Assembly (NCBI GenBank): GCA_964291655.2
Contig: OZ219802.1
Location: forward strand, 2,336,001-2,400,000
DNA length: 64,000 bases
From: Chloroflexota bacterium
GTDB taxonomy: Bacteria; Chloroflexota; UBA11872; VXOZ01
Direction of reading: 5' to 3'
The position numbers and the translations under genes are program-made. The notes under the pieces were generated by a model that saw only the letters and a program-made list of their open reading frames with translations, ran no database searches and had not been told where the DNA came from. This document shows positions 38,589 through 48,057 of the stretch, piece after piece (the first letter of the stretch is position 1; each line of letters begins with the position of its first letter).

Positions 38589-40480
38589 CCGGTCTCACCT
38601 CTCGGTGAATCTGCAAGGTCAGCCGCGACCAGAGTATTGCCGAGGCCGGCGCCGTCTGCTTGCGCCGCCTGCTGCCGCTCCATGTGCTCTTCTTGCTCCT
38701 GCAACTGATAGACGTACATGTCGCGGTAGAGTCCTTCCTGCGTCACCAGGTCTCCATGTGTGCCCCGCTGCACAATTCTCCCCTCGTCCAGAACGACGAT
38801 CTCGTTTGCTTCGCGCACGCTGGAGACACGTTGCGCAATGATGAACGTCGTGCGTCCGCGCATGAGCGCCTTCAGCGCCATTTGCAGCGCCGCTTCAGTG
38901 CGCGTATCTACCGCCGACGTGGACTCATCCAGGATAAGGACGCGGGGATTCAGCAGCAGTGCGCGGGCAATCGCGACGCGTTGCTTCTGTCCGCCGGAGA
39001 GCGTTACGCCGCGTTCGCCGACGTGCGTTTCATAGCCATCCGGAAACTCCTCGATGAAATCGTGGGCCTGCGCAGCTTTGGCAGCCGCAATGATGCCCTG
39101 TTCAGTCGCGTCCGGTCGTCCATACGCAATGTTCTCTCGAATGGAAGCGGCAAAGAGGAAGGTCTCCTGGGCCACGAGCCCTACGTGCTGCCGCAGCGCC
39201 CGAAAGGTAAGATCGCGGATGTCGTAGCCGTCCAAGGTGATGCGTCCGGCAGTAACATCATAGAAGCGGGGCAGCAAGTTAATGATGGTGCTCTTGCCGG
39301 ACCCGGTGCTGCCGACGATACCGATCACCTGTCCCGCTTTTGCCGAAATCGTGATGTCCTTGAGCACAGGCAGTCCGCTCGCATCGTAAGACACTGAATC
39401 GAACTTGACGTTGCCGGCCACTGTGGCCATGTCGATTGCGTCGGGCTTTTCCTCGATCTCCGACTGGGTGTCGAGGATTTCAAAGATGCGCTCGCCTGCC
39501 GCGATCGCTCGCGCGTACGTATTGATTGTCATGCCCAACATGCGGATTGGGCGCTGTAGCAGCATGAGGTAGCCGGTAAAGGCAACCAGCGTGCCAAGGC
39601 TCATGCCATCGGCAATCACTAACAGACCGCCGTACCAGACCACCGCCGTGGTACCTATACCGGCGATGAACTGGAGCAGTGGGTTGCGCATGGCAAAGAG
39701 CTCCATTGTTCGTGACGTAGCATTCGCCAGGCGGTCGGAATTGTGCAAGAACTTGGCCGTCTCCTGGTCCTCTTGCGCAAACGCCCGCACCACGCGCATG
39801 CCGGAGAGGTCCTCTTGCAGGACGGTGCTGAGTTGGGCCGTCTCCTGCTGCACCAGGCTGAACATCGGCCGGAGTTGACGCGCAAAGAGCACGGCAATAA
39901 CGAAGAGCACCGGCATCGTCGCCAAGGAAAGGAGCGCCAACTGCCAATGCGTAAGCAGAAGAATGCCAAGCACGGCAATGAACGTCAATACCATCAGAGC
40001 CCCATTGATGAGGCCCTGCGAGACGAAGAAGCGGATTTGCTCCACGTCACTCGTCGCCCGCGACATGAGCTGCCCGGTCTGGGAGCGATCGTGGTATGCA
40101 AAAGAGAGGCGCTGGTACTGATTGAAGATGCGGTTGCGCAGATCGAAACAGGTGCGCTGTGAGAGATACTCGCCCAGGAACACCTGTGAAAAGGTAAAGA
40201 TACCCTTGATCAATGTGGCGACAAGAATCAGTCCGGCGAAGGCAAACAAAATCTGGACTGGTTCGAGCCCCAGCAATGACCCGGTGGCTTCAACCGCCAG
40301 TTCGCCGGCATTGTCTGCCGCCTGTATCTCCGGAGGCGGCAGCGCTTCGTCGACGACACTGCCAATCAGTCGCGGGATTATCAGACTAAGGAGCGCGCTG
40401 CCAGCGAGCGCACCGTAAGCGAGGAAGGCAAGCTTCCGGTATCGCCATGTGTAGAAGAAGAGTCGGCGCAGCGTATCCAT
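38585..40480 (-). CDS. ABC exporter, fused TMD-NBD, heterodimer subunit A
   Basis: GSTGSGKS, LSGGQKQR, ILDESTS, degenerate switch IAQR; ATGA overlap with partner. Confidence 0.93.
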   Translation of the reverse strand: MDTLRRLFFYTWRYRKLAFLAYGALAGSALLSLIIPRLIGSVVDEALPPPEIQAADNAGELAVEATGSLLGLEPVQILFAFAGLILVATLIKGIFTFSQVFLGEYLSQRTCFDLRNRIFNQYQRLSFAYHDRSQTGQLMSRATSDVEQIRFFVSQGLINGALMVLTFIAVLGILLLTHWQLALLSLATMPVLFVIAVLFARQLRPMFSLVQQETAQLSTVLQEDLSGMRVVRAFAQEDQETAKFLHNSDRLANATSRTMELFAMRNPLLQFIAGIGTTAVVWYGGLLVIADGMSLGTLVAFTGYLMLLQRPIRMLGMTINTYARAIAAGERIFEILDTQSEIEEKPDAIDMATVAGNVKFDSVSYDASGLPVLKDITISAKAGQVIGIVGSTGSGKSTIINLLPRFYDVTAGRITLDGYDIRDLTFRALRQHVGLVAQETFLFAASIRENIAYGRPDATEQGIIAAAKAAQAHDFIEEFPDGYETHVGERGVTLSGGQKQRVAIARALLLNPRVLILDESTSAVDTRTEAALQMALKALMRGRTTFIIAQRVSSVREANEIVVLDEGRIVQRGTHGDLVTQEGLYRDMYVYQLQEQEEHMERQQAAQADGAGLGNTLVAADLADSPRGETG

Positions 40481-40752
40481 ATTCGGCTGCTTTGCACCTC
40501 CTCATCTCTACCTGCCGCTTTCGCACGGAACTGTTCTCCTAGCTTTAGGGAGTCCTAAGCCGGACACTTACCCGCACGTTTACGTTAATGTGCATGCTAG
40601 CATGCACCGCCGAGTCGGTCAAACGAAATTCGACGGGAGAAACCGTCGCGATTCCCGGCGTCAGTTAGAGAGTGAAGATACAGCACTGGAACCCGTCAAA
40701 GCGCAACCACGCCCACGCCATCTACTTTTAAGGTCCACCGGAGGACCGGCGG

Positions 40753-41568
40753 TCAGTGTTGGCACTGCGGGCAGAGGTGGGTGCCGCGCTGCGCGACGAC
40801 GATGCGCTCGATGGGCGTGCCGCAGGTAAGGCAGGGGTCTTCTGTGCGGCGGTAGACTGCCAGGTGCTCCCGGTGGCGGCCGGGTCTTCCTTCAGCATCG
40901 CTGTAGACGGCGTCGAACGTCGTACCCCCGTTGGCAATCGCTGCGCGCAGTATCTGTCGCGTTGTATCGAGCAGCGCGGCGGTTTCCTTTTCATCGAGTG
41001 CATTGGCCGGACGACGCGGGTGCAGATTACAGGCATGGAGCACTTCATCCACATAGATATTGCCGAGACCGGCAATGAAGTGCTGATTGAGCAGCAGCGC
41101 CTTCAACGAAGTGGTGTGTCGCGCGAGACGCTCCCGCAATATGCCAGCCGTAAGCGCCGGGTCGAACGGCTCGGGGCCAAGCGGCGCAAAGAGCTCTGCC
41201 AGGCGGGCATCATCCACCAGCCAGATCCGGCCGAACCGGCGTACGTCATAGAAGCAGAGCACACGGCCTGATTCGAGATTCCACTGGGCGCGCAGATAGC
41301 GCATGTCCTCCACCGGTCGCACGAGCCTGAGCCGCCCGCTCATGCGCAGATGCACAACCAAATAGAGGTTTTCGAGGTCGAATATCAGGTACTTCGCGCG
41401 TCGTCTGACTGCGGAGATGCGCCGTCCAGGCAGCAATGCGGCAATCTCGGCCGGGTCCGGTTCAGCCACCGCGTGGGGGTCGAGCAACGGCACCGCGGCT
41501 ATGCCGTCGCCATCAAGATGCGGCACTAAGCTGCGGCGAATGGTCTCGACTTCGGGAAGCTCAGGCAT
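40753..41568 (-). CDS. mutM: Formamidopyrimidine-DNA glycosylase
   Basis: PELPEV, HLRMSG, DVRRFG, GLGNIYVDE, C4 zinc finger. Confidence 0.97.
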   Translation of the reverse strand: MPELPEVETIRRSLVPHLDGDGIAAVPLLDPHAVAEPDPAEIAALLPGRRISAVRRRAKYLIFDLENLYLVVHLRMSGRLRLVRPVEDMRYLRAQWNLESGRVLCFYDVRRFGRIWLVDDARLAELFAPLGPEPFDPALTAGILRERLARHTTSLKALLLNQHFIAGLGNIYVDEVLHACNLHPRRPANALDEKETAALLDTTRQILRAAIANGGTTFDAVYSDAEGRPGRHREHLAVYRRTEDPCLTCGTPIERIVVAQRGTHLCPQCQH

Positions 41569-41726
41569 GTTTAGGCTATTGCCTCTTCTAAGCGACTTGA
41601 CAGAGATGGTGTGAACTCTCGTACCAAGGAGCGGTGGACAAGCCCCCTGAACCCCGGTTCACCGCTACAGACGTGGGAGCGTGGATCGCGCGCACCGGCA
41701 AGTAAACGTCAGCGATTTCCAACTGC

Positions 41727-42368
41727 TTAGCGCAGGTCTTCGCCGGTAAGCAGGAGCTCGCCAGGTTGGATCTTGACGTCCGTCACCCGTATCCCGTGCT
41801 CCGTCCTGAAATAGGAGTCGAGCTTCTCATTGACCTCAGCGGTGGCCTCCGCAATGTACCATGCCGGCACCGAAATGAAGCCAATCTTCCCCTTCACCAT
41901 CTCAGCTTCTATCCTGCCGTTGCGCACGACGAGGCGTCCGCTCACCTGAATTGTCGCGCGGAAAGGTCGCTCCAGCCTGCCCCGGATATTGAAGGCGTCT
42001 GGCTCGAACGTCAGGACGACGTTCGATACCTCCCCTTCATCGTCGCTTGCCGCGATGGCTGCTACGACCTTAGGAGTCAATTCCTGTGCGGTAAGTGTGA
42101 GCATATACTGCCCCGGCGCTGGGGAGGGACATAGGTATTCGGGCATTGCCAGTGGATCCCCTTGCGGCGGCAGGCAAGACACCCATGTCGTCGCTTGCGC
42201 CGCGGGGACGGGCACTAGGGGTGTTTCTTTCGTCTGCGGCGCTGCTATCTCGCCGCCGCACTGTGCAAGGAACAGCATACACGCGAGAATAGCTAACCCT
42301 TTGCAGGCCCATGCGTACCTCTGCCAGACAGTTGGAATCGGTCCGGAGGGGTACCGGTCTCCACTCAC
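41727..42368 (-). CDS. Putative lipoprotein, LmeA/DUF2993-like domain
   Basis: Hydrophobic signal with LAQC lipobox; C-terminal domain paralogous to 42988-43707; start placed at GTG 42368 because the longer ORF runs through the MITE. Confidence 0.65.
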   Translation of the reverse strand: MSGDRYPSGPIPTVWQRYAWACKGLAILACMLFLAQCGGEIAAPQTKETPLVPVPAAQATTWVSCLPPQGDPLAMPEYLCPSPAPGQYMLTLTAQELTPKVVAAIAASDDEGEVSNVVLTFEPDAFNIRGRLERPFRATIQVSGRLVVRNGRIEAEMVKGKIGFISVPAWYIAEATAEVNEKLDSYFRTEHGIRVTDVKIQPGELLLTGEDLR

Positions 42369-42382
42369 CCCGGCCCTCTCCC

Positions 42383-42670
42383 TGTATAGACCGGGTACAT
42401 GGGTTACACATGTTCGGGCACATAGGTTACACCATAGAACGAGGGGATTTTCGTAGTATGCGATGTCCTTGCCTTGAAAGTTAGATCCGCTCAATATCCT
42501 TATGCACACAGTTTGTTTCTCTGGCACAAGCTGACAGGCTGAAAGTGAGTGCACTGTGTCGCCAGTCTCTTATCAAACCCGGACCAACCCAATGCTCTCG
42601 TAGGTGTCAATCAGTAAAATGTGTAACCCATGTCCCCGAACAACTGTTACCTATGTCCCCGGTCTGTACA
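42383..42670. mobile_element. 288-bp MITE family 1, copy 2, inserted in REP-A
   Basis: TGTATAGACC..GGTCTGTACA ends; 5-bp TSD CTCCC; near-identical to 7382-7669. Confidence 0.9.
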
Positions 42671-42987
42671 CTCCCCAAGGAGAGGGAGGTCTTCTCGCCT
42701 GCCGGCCCGGGTTGTGCAGAGTCCTCCTGTGGCTTGTAACCACATCCGCCCCATAGCGCAGTACCTTGGTACCCGATAAAACGTCCTCACTTACTCATAG
42801 TACAGAATTCACTGTCGTCAGTGTCGGATGTGGGACACTGGAGCATGGCGTAAAGCAACGGCGCAGAGCCAATTCATAAGCAACGATGCACGAAACGTCG
42901 ATCCCTTCGCACCACGCTCCAGGCAATTGGGTAAGTGACTACTCCCTACACAGGGCGCCAGAATCCTCGCCGGCAATCAGGGTCCGG

Positions 42988-43707
42988 CTACTCCTCCTCG
43001 AGGCGCTCGCCGGTGACAACAATCTTTCCGGGGGAAATCTCGACACTGTCGATGCGCAGACCTTGCGCTTCGCCGACATTCGATGCCAGGAATTCGGTCG
43101 CTTGGGCGGAGAGTTGGTCCCGCAACACCTTGGGCATTGCCAGTGCGCCGAGTAGCGCCTCGGTGAATTCGATCTCTACGGTGTCCTCAGTAATGACAAA
43201 GTGCCCTTTGGCCTGAATGTTTGCGCGAAACGGCGTCGTAACCGTGCCGCTCGCCACGAACGCATCCTGCTCGAACGTGACAACCAAATTGCTCACAGGT
43301 GGACTATCGAGCGAAGAAATGACCTCACCCAGCAGGGCCGTGAGATCGCTGTCGGTGGCCTCAATTGTGAAGCGACCGGGTTCGTCGGCTTGACTAATTG
43401 CGTCTTCAGCCCGTTGGATTGCCGCTGTTTGTTCCGAGACTACCTCGGGTGTCGCCGTTGAACCTGGAACGGGCGTGCCGGATTCAACCGCTTCACTATC
43501 GGGAGTCTGGGCAGGCGCAGGATCTCTGACGATTGCTGTGGTAGGCGTCGGGGTCGCTGCGGCGTCAAGGCCAAAGAGCGAGCTCAGCCCCGGCACTTCA
43601 ATCGCACCTATGCCTGCGAGCAGAATGACGCCCACGAGGATAAGCACGAGGAACAGGGTAAAGAACAAAACTGCGAGCGTCTTATAGACTTGCCACAGGC
43701 ATCCCAT
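42988..43707 (-). CDS. Membrane-anchored protein, LmeA/DUF2993-like domain
   Basis: N-terminal TM, P/T-rich linker, VSNLVVTF..PFRA..LRIDSVEISPGKIVVTG. Confidence 0.7.
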   Translation of the reverse strand: MGCLWQVYKTLAVLFFTLFLVLILVGVILLAGIGAIEVPGLSSLFGLDAAATPTPTTAIVRDPAPAQTPDSEAVESGTPVPGSTATPEVVSEQTAAIQRAEDAISQADEPGRFTIEATDSDLTALLGEVISSLDSPPVSNLVVTFEQDAFVASGTVTTPFRANIQAKGHFVITEDTVEIEFTEALLGALAMPKVLRDQLSAQATEFLASNVGEAQGLRIDSVEISPGKIVVTGERLEEE

Positions 43708-43871
43708 GTAATGTCATCCTGAGTTAATAGGTTTTCGCATTCTCCATGGTACAATACCGGCTGCGCTGGGTTGCTGTTGCCACTTACAGCGGCCCCGGTA
43801 CCGCGCGAGTGCTGATTGGATAGATTTGCGGCCCCTGCGACGAACTTCAGAGGCGAGCCGAGTTGCGTCTC

Positions 43872-44080
43872 CGTTCATCCTTCGACAGGCTCAGGACGAA
43901 CGGAGACGGACCTTTCGAGCGGGGACAGACCGTTCCGAATTGGGACAGACCGTTCGTGCTGAGGGCTAGGCGTAGCCGGCTGCGCGAAGCCGGCTTCGCC
44001 TAGCCCCTGTCGAAGCATGAACGGTTTTTCGCCAACGTACGGCGGTTCCTTTCACCCTTCGACAAGCTCAGGGCGAACGG
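43872..44080. repeat. Cluster of three REP-D hairpins (CTTCGACA.GCTCAG type), one interrupted by a 42-nt palindrome
   Basis: 43872-43903, 43950-44024 (insert 43964-44005), 44054-44080. Confidence 0.8.
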
Positions 44081-44100
44081 ATGGTGTTGCCCAATCTTCC

Positions 44101-44240
44101 ATCGCAAACACTCTCTTACAGTAGCGAACACTCTCTTACAGTAGCGAACACTCCCTTACAGTTGCGAACGCTCTCTTGCAGTTGCGAACGCTCTCTTACG
44201 GTTGCAAACGCTCTTTTACAGTTGCGAGCACTCTCTTACA
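44101..44240. repeat. Seven 20-bp tandem repeats
   Basis: Consensus GT(A/T)GCGAAC(A/G)CTCTCTTACA, contiguous with no spacers. Confidence 0.95.
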
Positions 44241-45109
44241 GCTAGGTCATCCGCATGTGCAGGAAGCAAGCGGCGGAACAGCATCTTGACCGTGTAGCGG
44301 CGCTTCGCTGCAAAGGGTTCAAGACGCTCGACGGTCTTGAGCACGCTCGGCTCCGGTCGCCGCGGTGCCCGGCTTTGACTGCTCCTGAATGGGGACTCCT
44401 CACCGCATTTGGTCTTGGCACGCTGGAGGAAGTGCAGCAGCGCATGAACGAACGCGCCCTGCTTGCCGCGTACGACGGCGCGCCGAGTTCGCTGTGTGAG
44501 ATGCGCATAGAGCGTGCGCCGGCAGCGATGGGGAACGGGTGTGCGCCGAACTGCACAGAGACACGCGTCGCGGCACAACGGGAAACGGTGCTGGAAACCA
44601 GGATGGATTACGACCCGGAGATGCTCCGCGCGTGTATGCGTTTCATGGTTACGTCGAAGGAGAGTGAAACGGCAGCGGGCGGACAACCGCTTGAAACAGA
44701 AGACAGCTGGTTTCATGCTGTTTCGTTTGACGTCCGCACCGGCGGCGTCGTGCAGAGAGAATTCGGCACGATCCGGCAGGTTCCCGGCCAAGCAGCAGCA
44801 CAGCATGACGTTGCGATGGAAACCGTCGCGCAGCGTGTGCTGTGAGCATCGAGACTCCCGCCGAGGCGGACTCAGTCGCGCTCCCGGGCGCGTGCGGGTG
44901 AGCCGCCGTGCCGAGACGGTGTTTCCTTGTTGGCAGCGAGAAGTGGCGGGCAAGCCCCCGCGCTACGGTTGGTCAATGAGGCCCAATCGTGTGCTGGCAA
45001 GAGCATGCCGATCGAGTTCGGTCGGACCGCATAGTTGCAACGGACACGGACGAATCGGCAAAGTAGATGCTGCTAGTTTCACAAGAGTTCCCGGCATGGA
45101 AGGTCGCGC

Positions 45110-45868
45110 GTGTCGCTGCTTAGTTTGACCGAGTTTCAAACACTTCTCTTGCTCGGCGGCATGGTGACGTTCTTTGCTGCCACGGTTGCCGGCATGACGG
45201 GATTCGGTTACGGGCTGGTCAGTGTGCCGCTGCTCATGGTTGTGCTACCGCCACGAGTGGTTGTGCCTGCCGTGACAACGCACATCCTATTGCTCTCGCT
45301 GCTCATACTTTTGGAAGTAATCAAGAAGGTTGACGTACGGCGCATTTGGCCGTTAATGTTGACCGGATTGTTTGGGTTGCCGCTTGGAATCTACGTGCTT
45401 CTCGCCTTGAGCGAGAGCGTCCTTAGGACCATTACCGGCGTCGTGATTGTGCTCTTCGCGCTCGCCTTGCTCCTGGGCCTCAATCTCGAAATCAAGAACG
45501 AAAAACTCGCACTCGCGCCGGTGGGCATTGCGAGCGGACTGCTCGCCTCGGGAATTGCCATGGCGGGACCGCCGGTGATCCTCTTCTTCTCCAATCAAGG
45601 CATGCTCAAGCAGGTCTTTCGCGCAAACCTGGCAGCCTACTTTGTATTCCTCAACACCCTAACCATTCCCGCCCATGCGGCAAGCGGGCTCATAACGGGA
45701 GAGGTGGTGCGGTTTGCGCTGCTCTTCTTGCCGACGCTGGTCGCGGGCATGGTGCTTGGCAGCTTTCTGTCGCGCAGAGTGCCGGAGGTGCACTTTCGCC
45801 GTGTCGTCTTGGTCGTCGTGCTGTGCTCCGGGCTGCTCTCGATAACTTCCGGTCTGGGGATCTTCTAG
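45110..45868 (+). CDS. TauE/SafE (sulfite exporter family) membrane protein
   Basis: AGMTGFGYGL..VP and GLLASGIAMAGPP repeats; about 8 TM. Confidence 0.88.
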   Translation: MSLLSLTEFQTLLLLGGMVTFFAATVAGMTGFGYGLVSVPLLMVVLPPRVVVPAVTTHILLLSLLILLEVIKKVDVRRIWPLMLTGLFGLPLGIYVLLALSESVLRTITGVVIVLFALALLLGLNLEIKNEKLALAPVGIASGLLASGIAMAGPPVILFFSNQGMLKQVFRANLAAYFVFLNTLTIPAHAASGLITGEVVRFALLFLPTLVAGMVLGSFLSRRVPEVHFRRVVLVVVLCSGLLSITSGLGIF

Positions 45869-45885
45869 GCTGTGTTTGAACTAAT

Positions 45886-46063
45886 GTCATTCCGAGCGAA
45901 AGCGAGGAATCTAGTGCCATACTCTACGCAGTCTGCAGCCCCGGCACTCTAGAATTCTCACTGCGCTGCGTTCCGTTCGGAATGACATGTGTAGTGGTCA
46001 TATACGCAGCTACATCCATCGATCTTTCTCCCAAGTCTGTCAACGAATTAGTCGACACTTACA
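45886..46063 (-). mobile_element. MITE-like family 2, truncated inverted copy
   Basis: One end TCTGTCAACGAATTAGTCGACACTTACA plus inverted REP-B pair; other end missing. Confidence 0.6.
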
Positions 46064-46090
46064 GGAATGACGGCGAAGTGTAGACGCACC

Positions 46091-46633
46091 TTAGGCAAAG
46101 CCGGTTGCGCGGAGCGTCTTCATGACCGCTTCCCAGCGGGCGGGAAAGCTCTCATGGCTCAAGAGCGGCCTAAAGCCTAGCTTCAGATAGATGTGGATTG
46201 CCGGGAGACGCGCGTCGTCGGTGAGCAACTGCACCGATTCAAAGCCTCGCTCCCGTAGGCGGTGCAAGACCGCGAGGGAAAGCCAGTACCCCAAGCCAGC
46301 ACCGCGGTGGTCCGGGTGCACGCAGACCATGTGCACGGTGCCGCGCTCCGGCGGGTTCTTCTCATCATGAAACGCAGTGGCGGTTCCGACCACAGCTTCG
46401 CCCTCAACGGCAAAGAACATGCCTCCCGCATCGAACCCCGGCGCCGCGATGATATTCTCGCGGCACGCCTCCACCGTCCACGAAGAGTTCATTGCAACCC
46501 CTACAAGCTTCGTCCACAGCACCTCGTCATCGGGCTGATAGGAGCGGATGCGGTAGGGTTCCGGCACGTGCAAAGGGGGCAGGTCTTCCAAATGCGGGCG
46601 TACCATTATCAGTTGCGGATTTGACGCGCTCAC
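46091..46633 (-). CDS. GNAT N-acetyltransferase
   Basis: VCVHPDHRGAGLG, PAIHIYLKLGF; RBS AAAGGAG. Confidence 0.88.
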   Translation of the reverse strand: MSASNPQLIMVRPHLEDLPPLHVPEPYRIRSYQPDDEVLWTKLVGVAMNSSWTVEACRENIIAAPGFDAGGMFFAVEGEAVVGTATAFHDEKNPPERGTVHMVCVHPDHRGAGLGYWLSLAVLHRLRERGFESVQLLTDDARLPAIHIYLKLGFRPLLSHESFPARWEAVMKTLRATGFA

Positions 46634-46676
46634 CGCGCTACTCCTTTGGCTGCGTTTGCAGTTGGATCACAGATAT

Positions 46677-48053
46677 CTATGCACCCTTAGGACGCCCCCC
46701 TATCGCTTCGGTCTTGCCTGGAAGTATCGTGTACGGATTCGGAATGCGCCAGTCTCTGCCCATGCGCTTCACTCCTGGAATGCGCTTGGCTTTGATAAGC
46801 TGGCCTACTCTCTGTCTCGATACCCCCTCGCGCTCAGCTACCTCTAAGGTGCTGAACGTCTTGGGCGTTTCAGACATTTGCTCTCCTTTCGCTGTGAAAT
46901 TGAAGATAGACCCGCCCCAGGTATCCACGGTGGGGCGGCTCCAGGGCGTGGGAATGTTCCGGTACGGGTGTTTGCGCAATTCTTCCTCATCCAGTTCAAT
47001 GCCCAGTCCCGGCTCGTCAGGTATGCGCAGCGTGCCGTCCGGTTGCAGGACTTCCAGCGAGTCCTTGACGATATCCTGCCGCCAGGGGCAACCGAACAAG
47101 AATGACTCGAGGATGAGCACGTTGGGGATGCAGCCCACCGCCTGCAAGGTGGCCGCCATTGCCACCGGGCCGTACGGGTTGTGGGGCGCCACCGGGATGT
47201 CGTAGGTCTCGGCCCACGCCGCAATCTTCTTGGCCTCCAAGATGCCGCCCGTGTGGCTGATATCGGGCTGGATGATGTCGAGAATCTGCTGCTCGATGTA
47301 CTCGCGAAAGCCCCAGCGGGTGAAGAAACGCTCGCCCGCTGCGATGGGCATACCGATGTGCGCCTGCGCCAGTTTGGCGTATGCCGCGGGATTGTCCGGT
47401 CGGAGCGGTTCTTCGTAGAAAAATGGCCGGTAGGGCCGCAACGCTTCAGCGGCCGCAATTGCGCTTGTGACATTGAGGCGCCCGTGCACCTCAATGCAGA
47501 GGTCAATTTCGTCGCCGACGGCCTCGCGCACGGCAGCGACACTGGCTGCCGCTTCTCTGATCTCCTGCTCAGAAGCTGTGATCCACGCGGTAAAGGGGTC
47601 CCACTTCAGCGCGGTGTAGCCTTGCGCCACCACCGCTTGGGCAGCCGTAGCAAATTCGTCCGGCGTGCTCGCGCCTTCAAACCAGCCGTTGGCGTAGACG
47701 CGCACGCGGTCGCGGCACGGTCCGCCGAGCAGCGCATGCACCGGCAGCCCGGCATCCTTGCCCTTGATATCCCAACACGCCTGTTCCAACGCGCTGATGG
47801 CGGTGTTGTACACGGGCCCGGTGCCGCCGTACTCGCCGCGGTGCAAGAGCTGGAGATTGGCTTCGATGTGCCGTGGGTCTTCGCCGATAAGCACGGCACC
47901 GATTTCCTTGATGGCGGTAGCCGCAGTGTGTTCCTTCCACGCCAGCGGCGCTTCGCCCCAGCCGTGGAGACCGGTGTCCGTGGTGACCTTGGCAAAGACC
48001 CAGTTCCACCACTGGCCGTCGACAATGTACGTCTGTATACCCCGAATCTTCAT
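46677..48053 (-). CDS. Mandelate racemase/galactonate dehydratase-family enolase fused to a C-terminal excisionase-like HTH
   Basis: GWGEA, WDIKGK, VYANGW, ALKWDPF, IEVHGR, EEP, AGER, QPD, PHNP; tail FSTLEVAEREGVSRQRVGQLIK..GRDWRIP. Confidence 0.88.
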   Translation of the reverse strand: MKIRGIQTYIVDGQWWNWVFAKVTTDTGLHGWGEAPLAWKEHTAATAIKEIGAVLIGEDPRHIEANLQLLHRGEYGGTGPVYNTAISALEQACWDIKGKDAGLPVHALLGGPCRDRVRVYANGWFEGASTPDEFATAAQAVVAQGYTALKWDPFTAWITASEQEIREAAASVAAVREAVGDEIDLCIEVHGRLNVTSAIAAAEALRPYRPFFYEEPLRPDNPAAYAKLAQAHIGMPIAAGERFFTRWGFREYIEQQILDIIQPDISHTGGILEAKKIAAWAETYDIPVAPHNPYGPVAMAATLQAVGCIPNVLILESFLFGCPWRQDIVKDSLEVLQPDGTLRIPDEPGLGIELDEEELRKHPYRNIPTPWSRPTVDTWGGSIFNFTAKGEQMSETPKTFSTLEVAEREGVSRQRVGQLIKAKRIPGVKRMGRDWRIPNPYTILPGKTEAIGGRPKGA

Positions 48054-48057
48054 AGTA

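Noticed and set aside
42369-42554. N-terminal extension of the 275-aa ORF and small ORFs within both MITE copies
   Set aside because: They read through MITE sequence and show no transposase motifs.
44101-44240. Possible CRISPR array (also considered for 411-601, 28298-28424, 54337-54610)
   Set aside because: Units are contiguous or have homologous interiors, with no unique spacers and no cas genes.
44255-44845. 196-aa ORF after the 20-bp array
   Set aside because: No RBS, motif or recognisable family; several competing frames are open. Cannot be supported, though not excluded.
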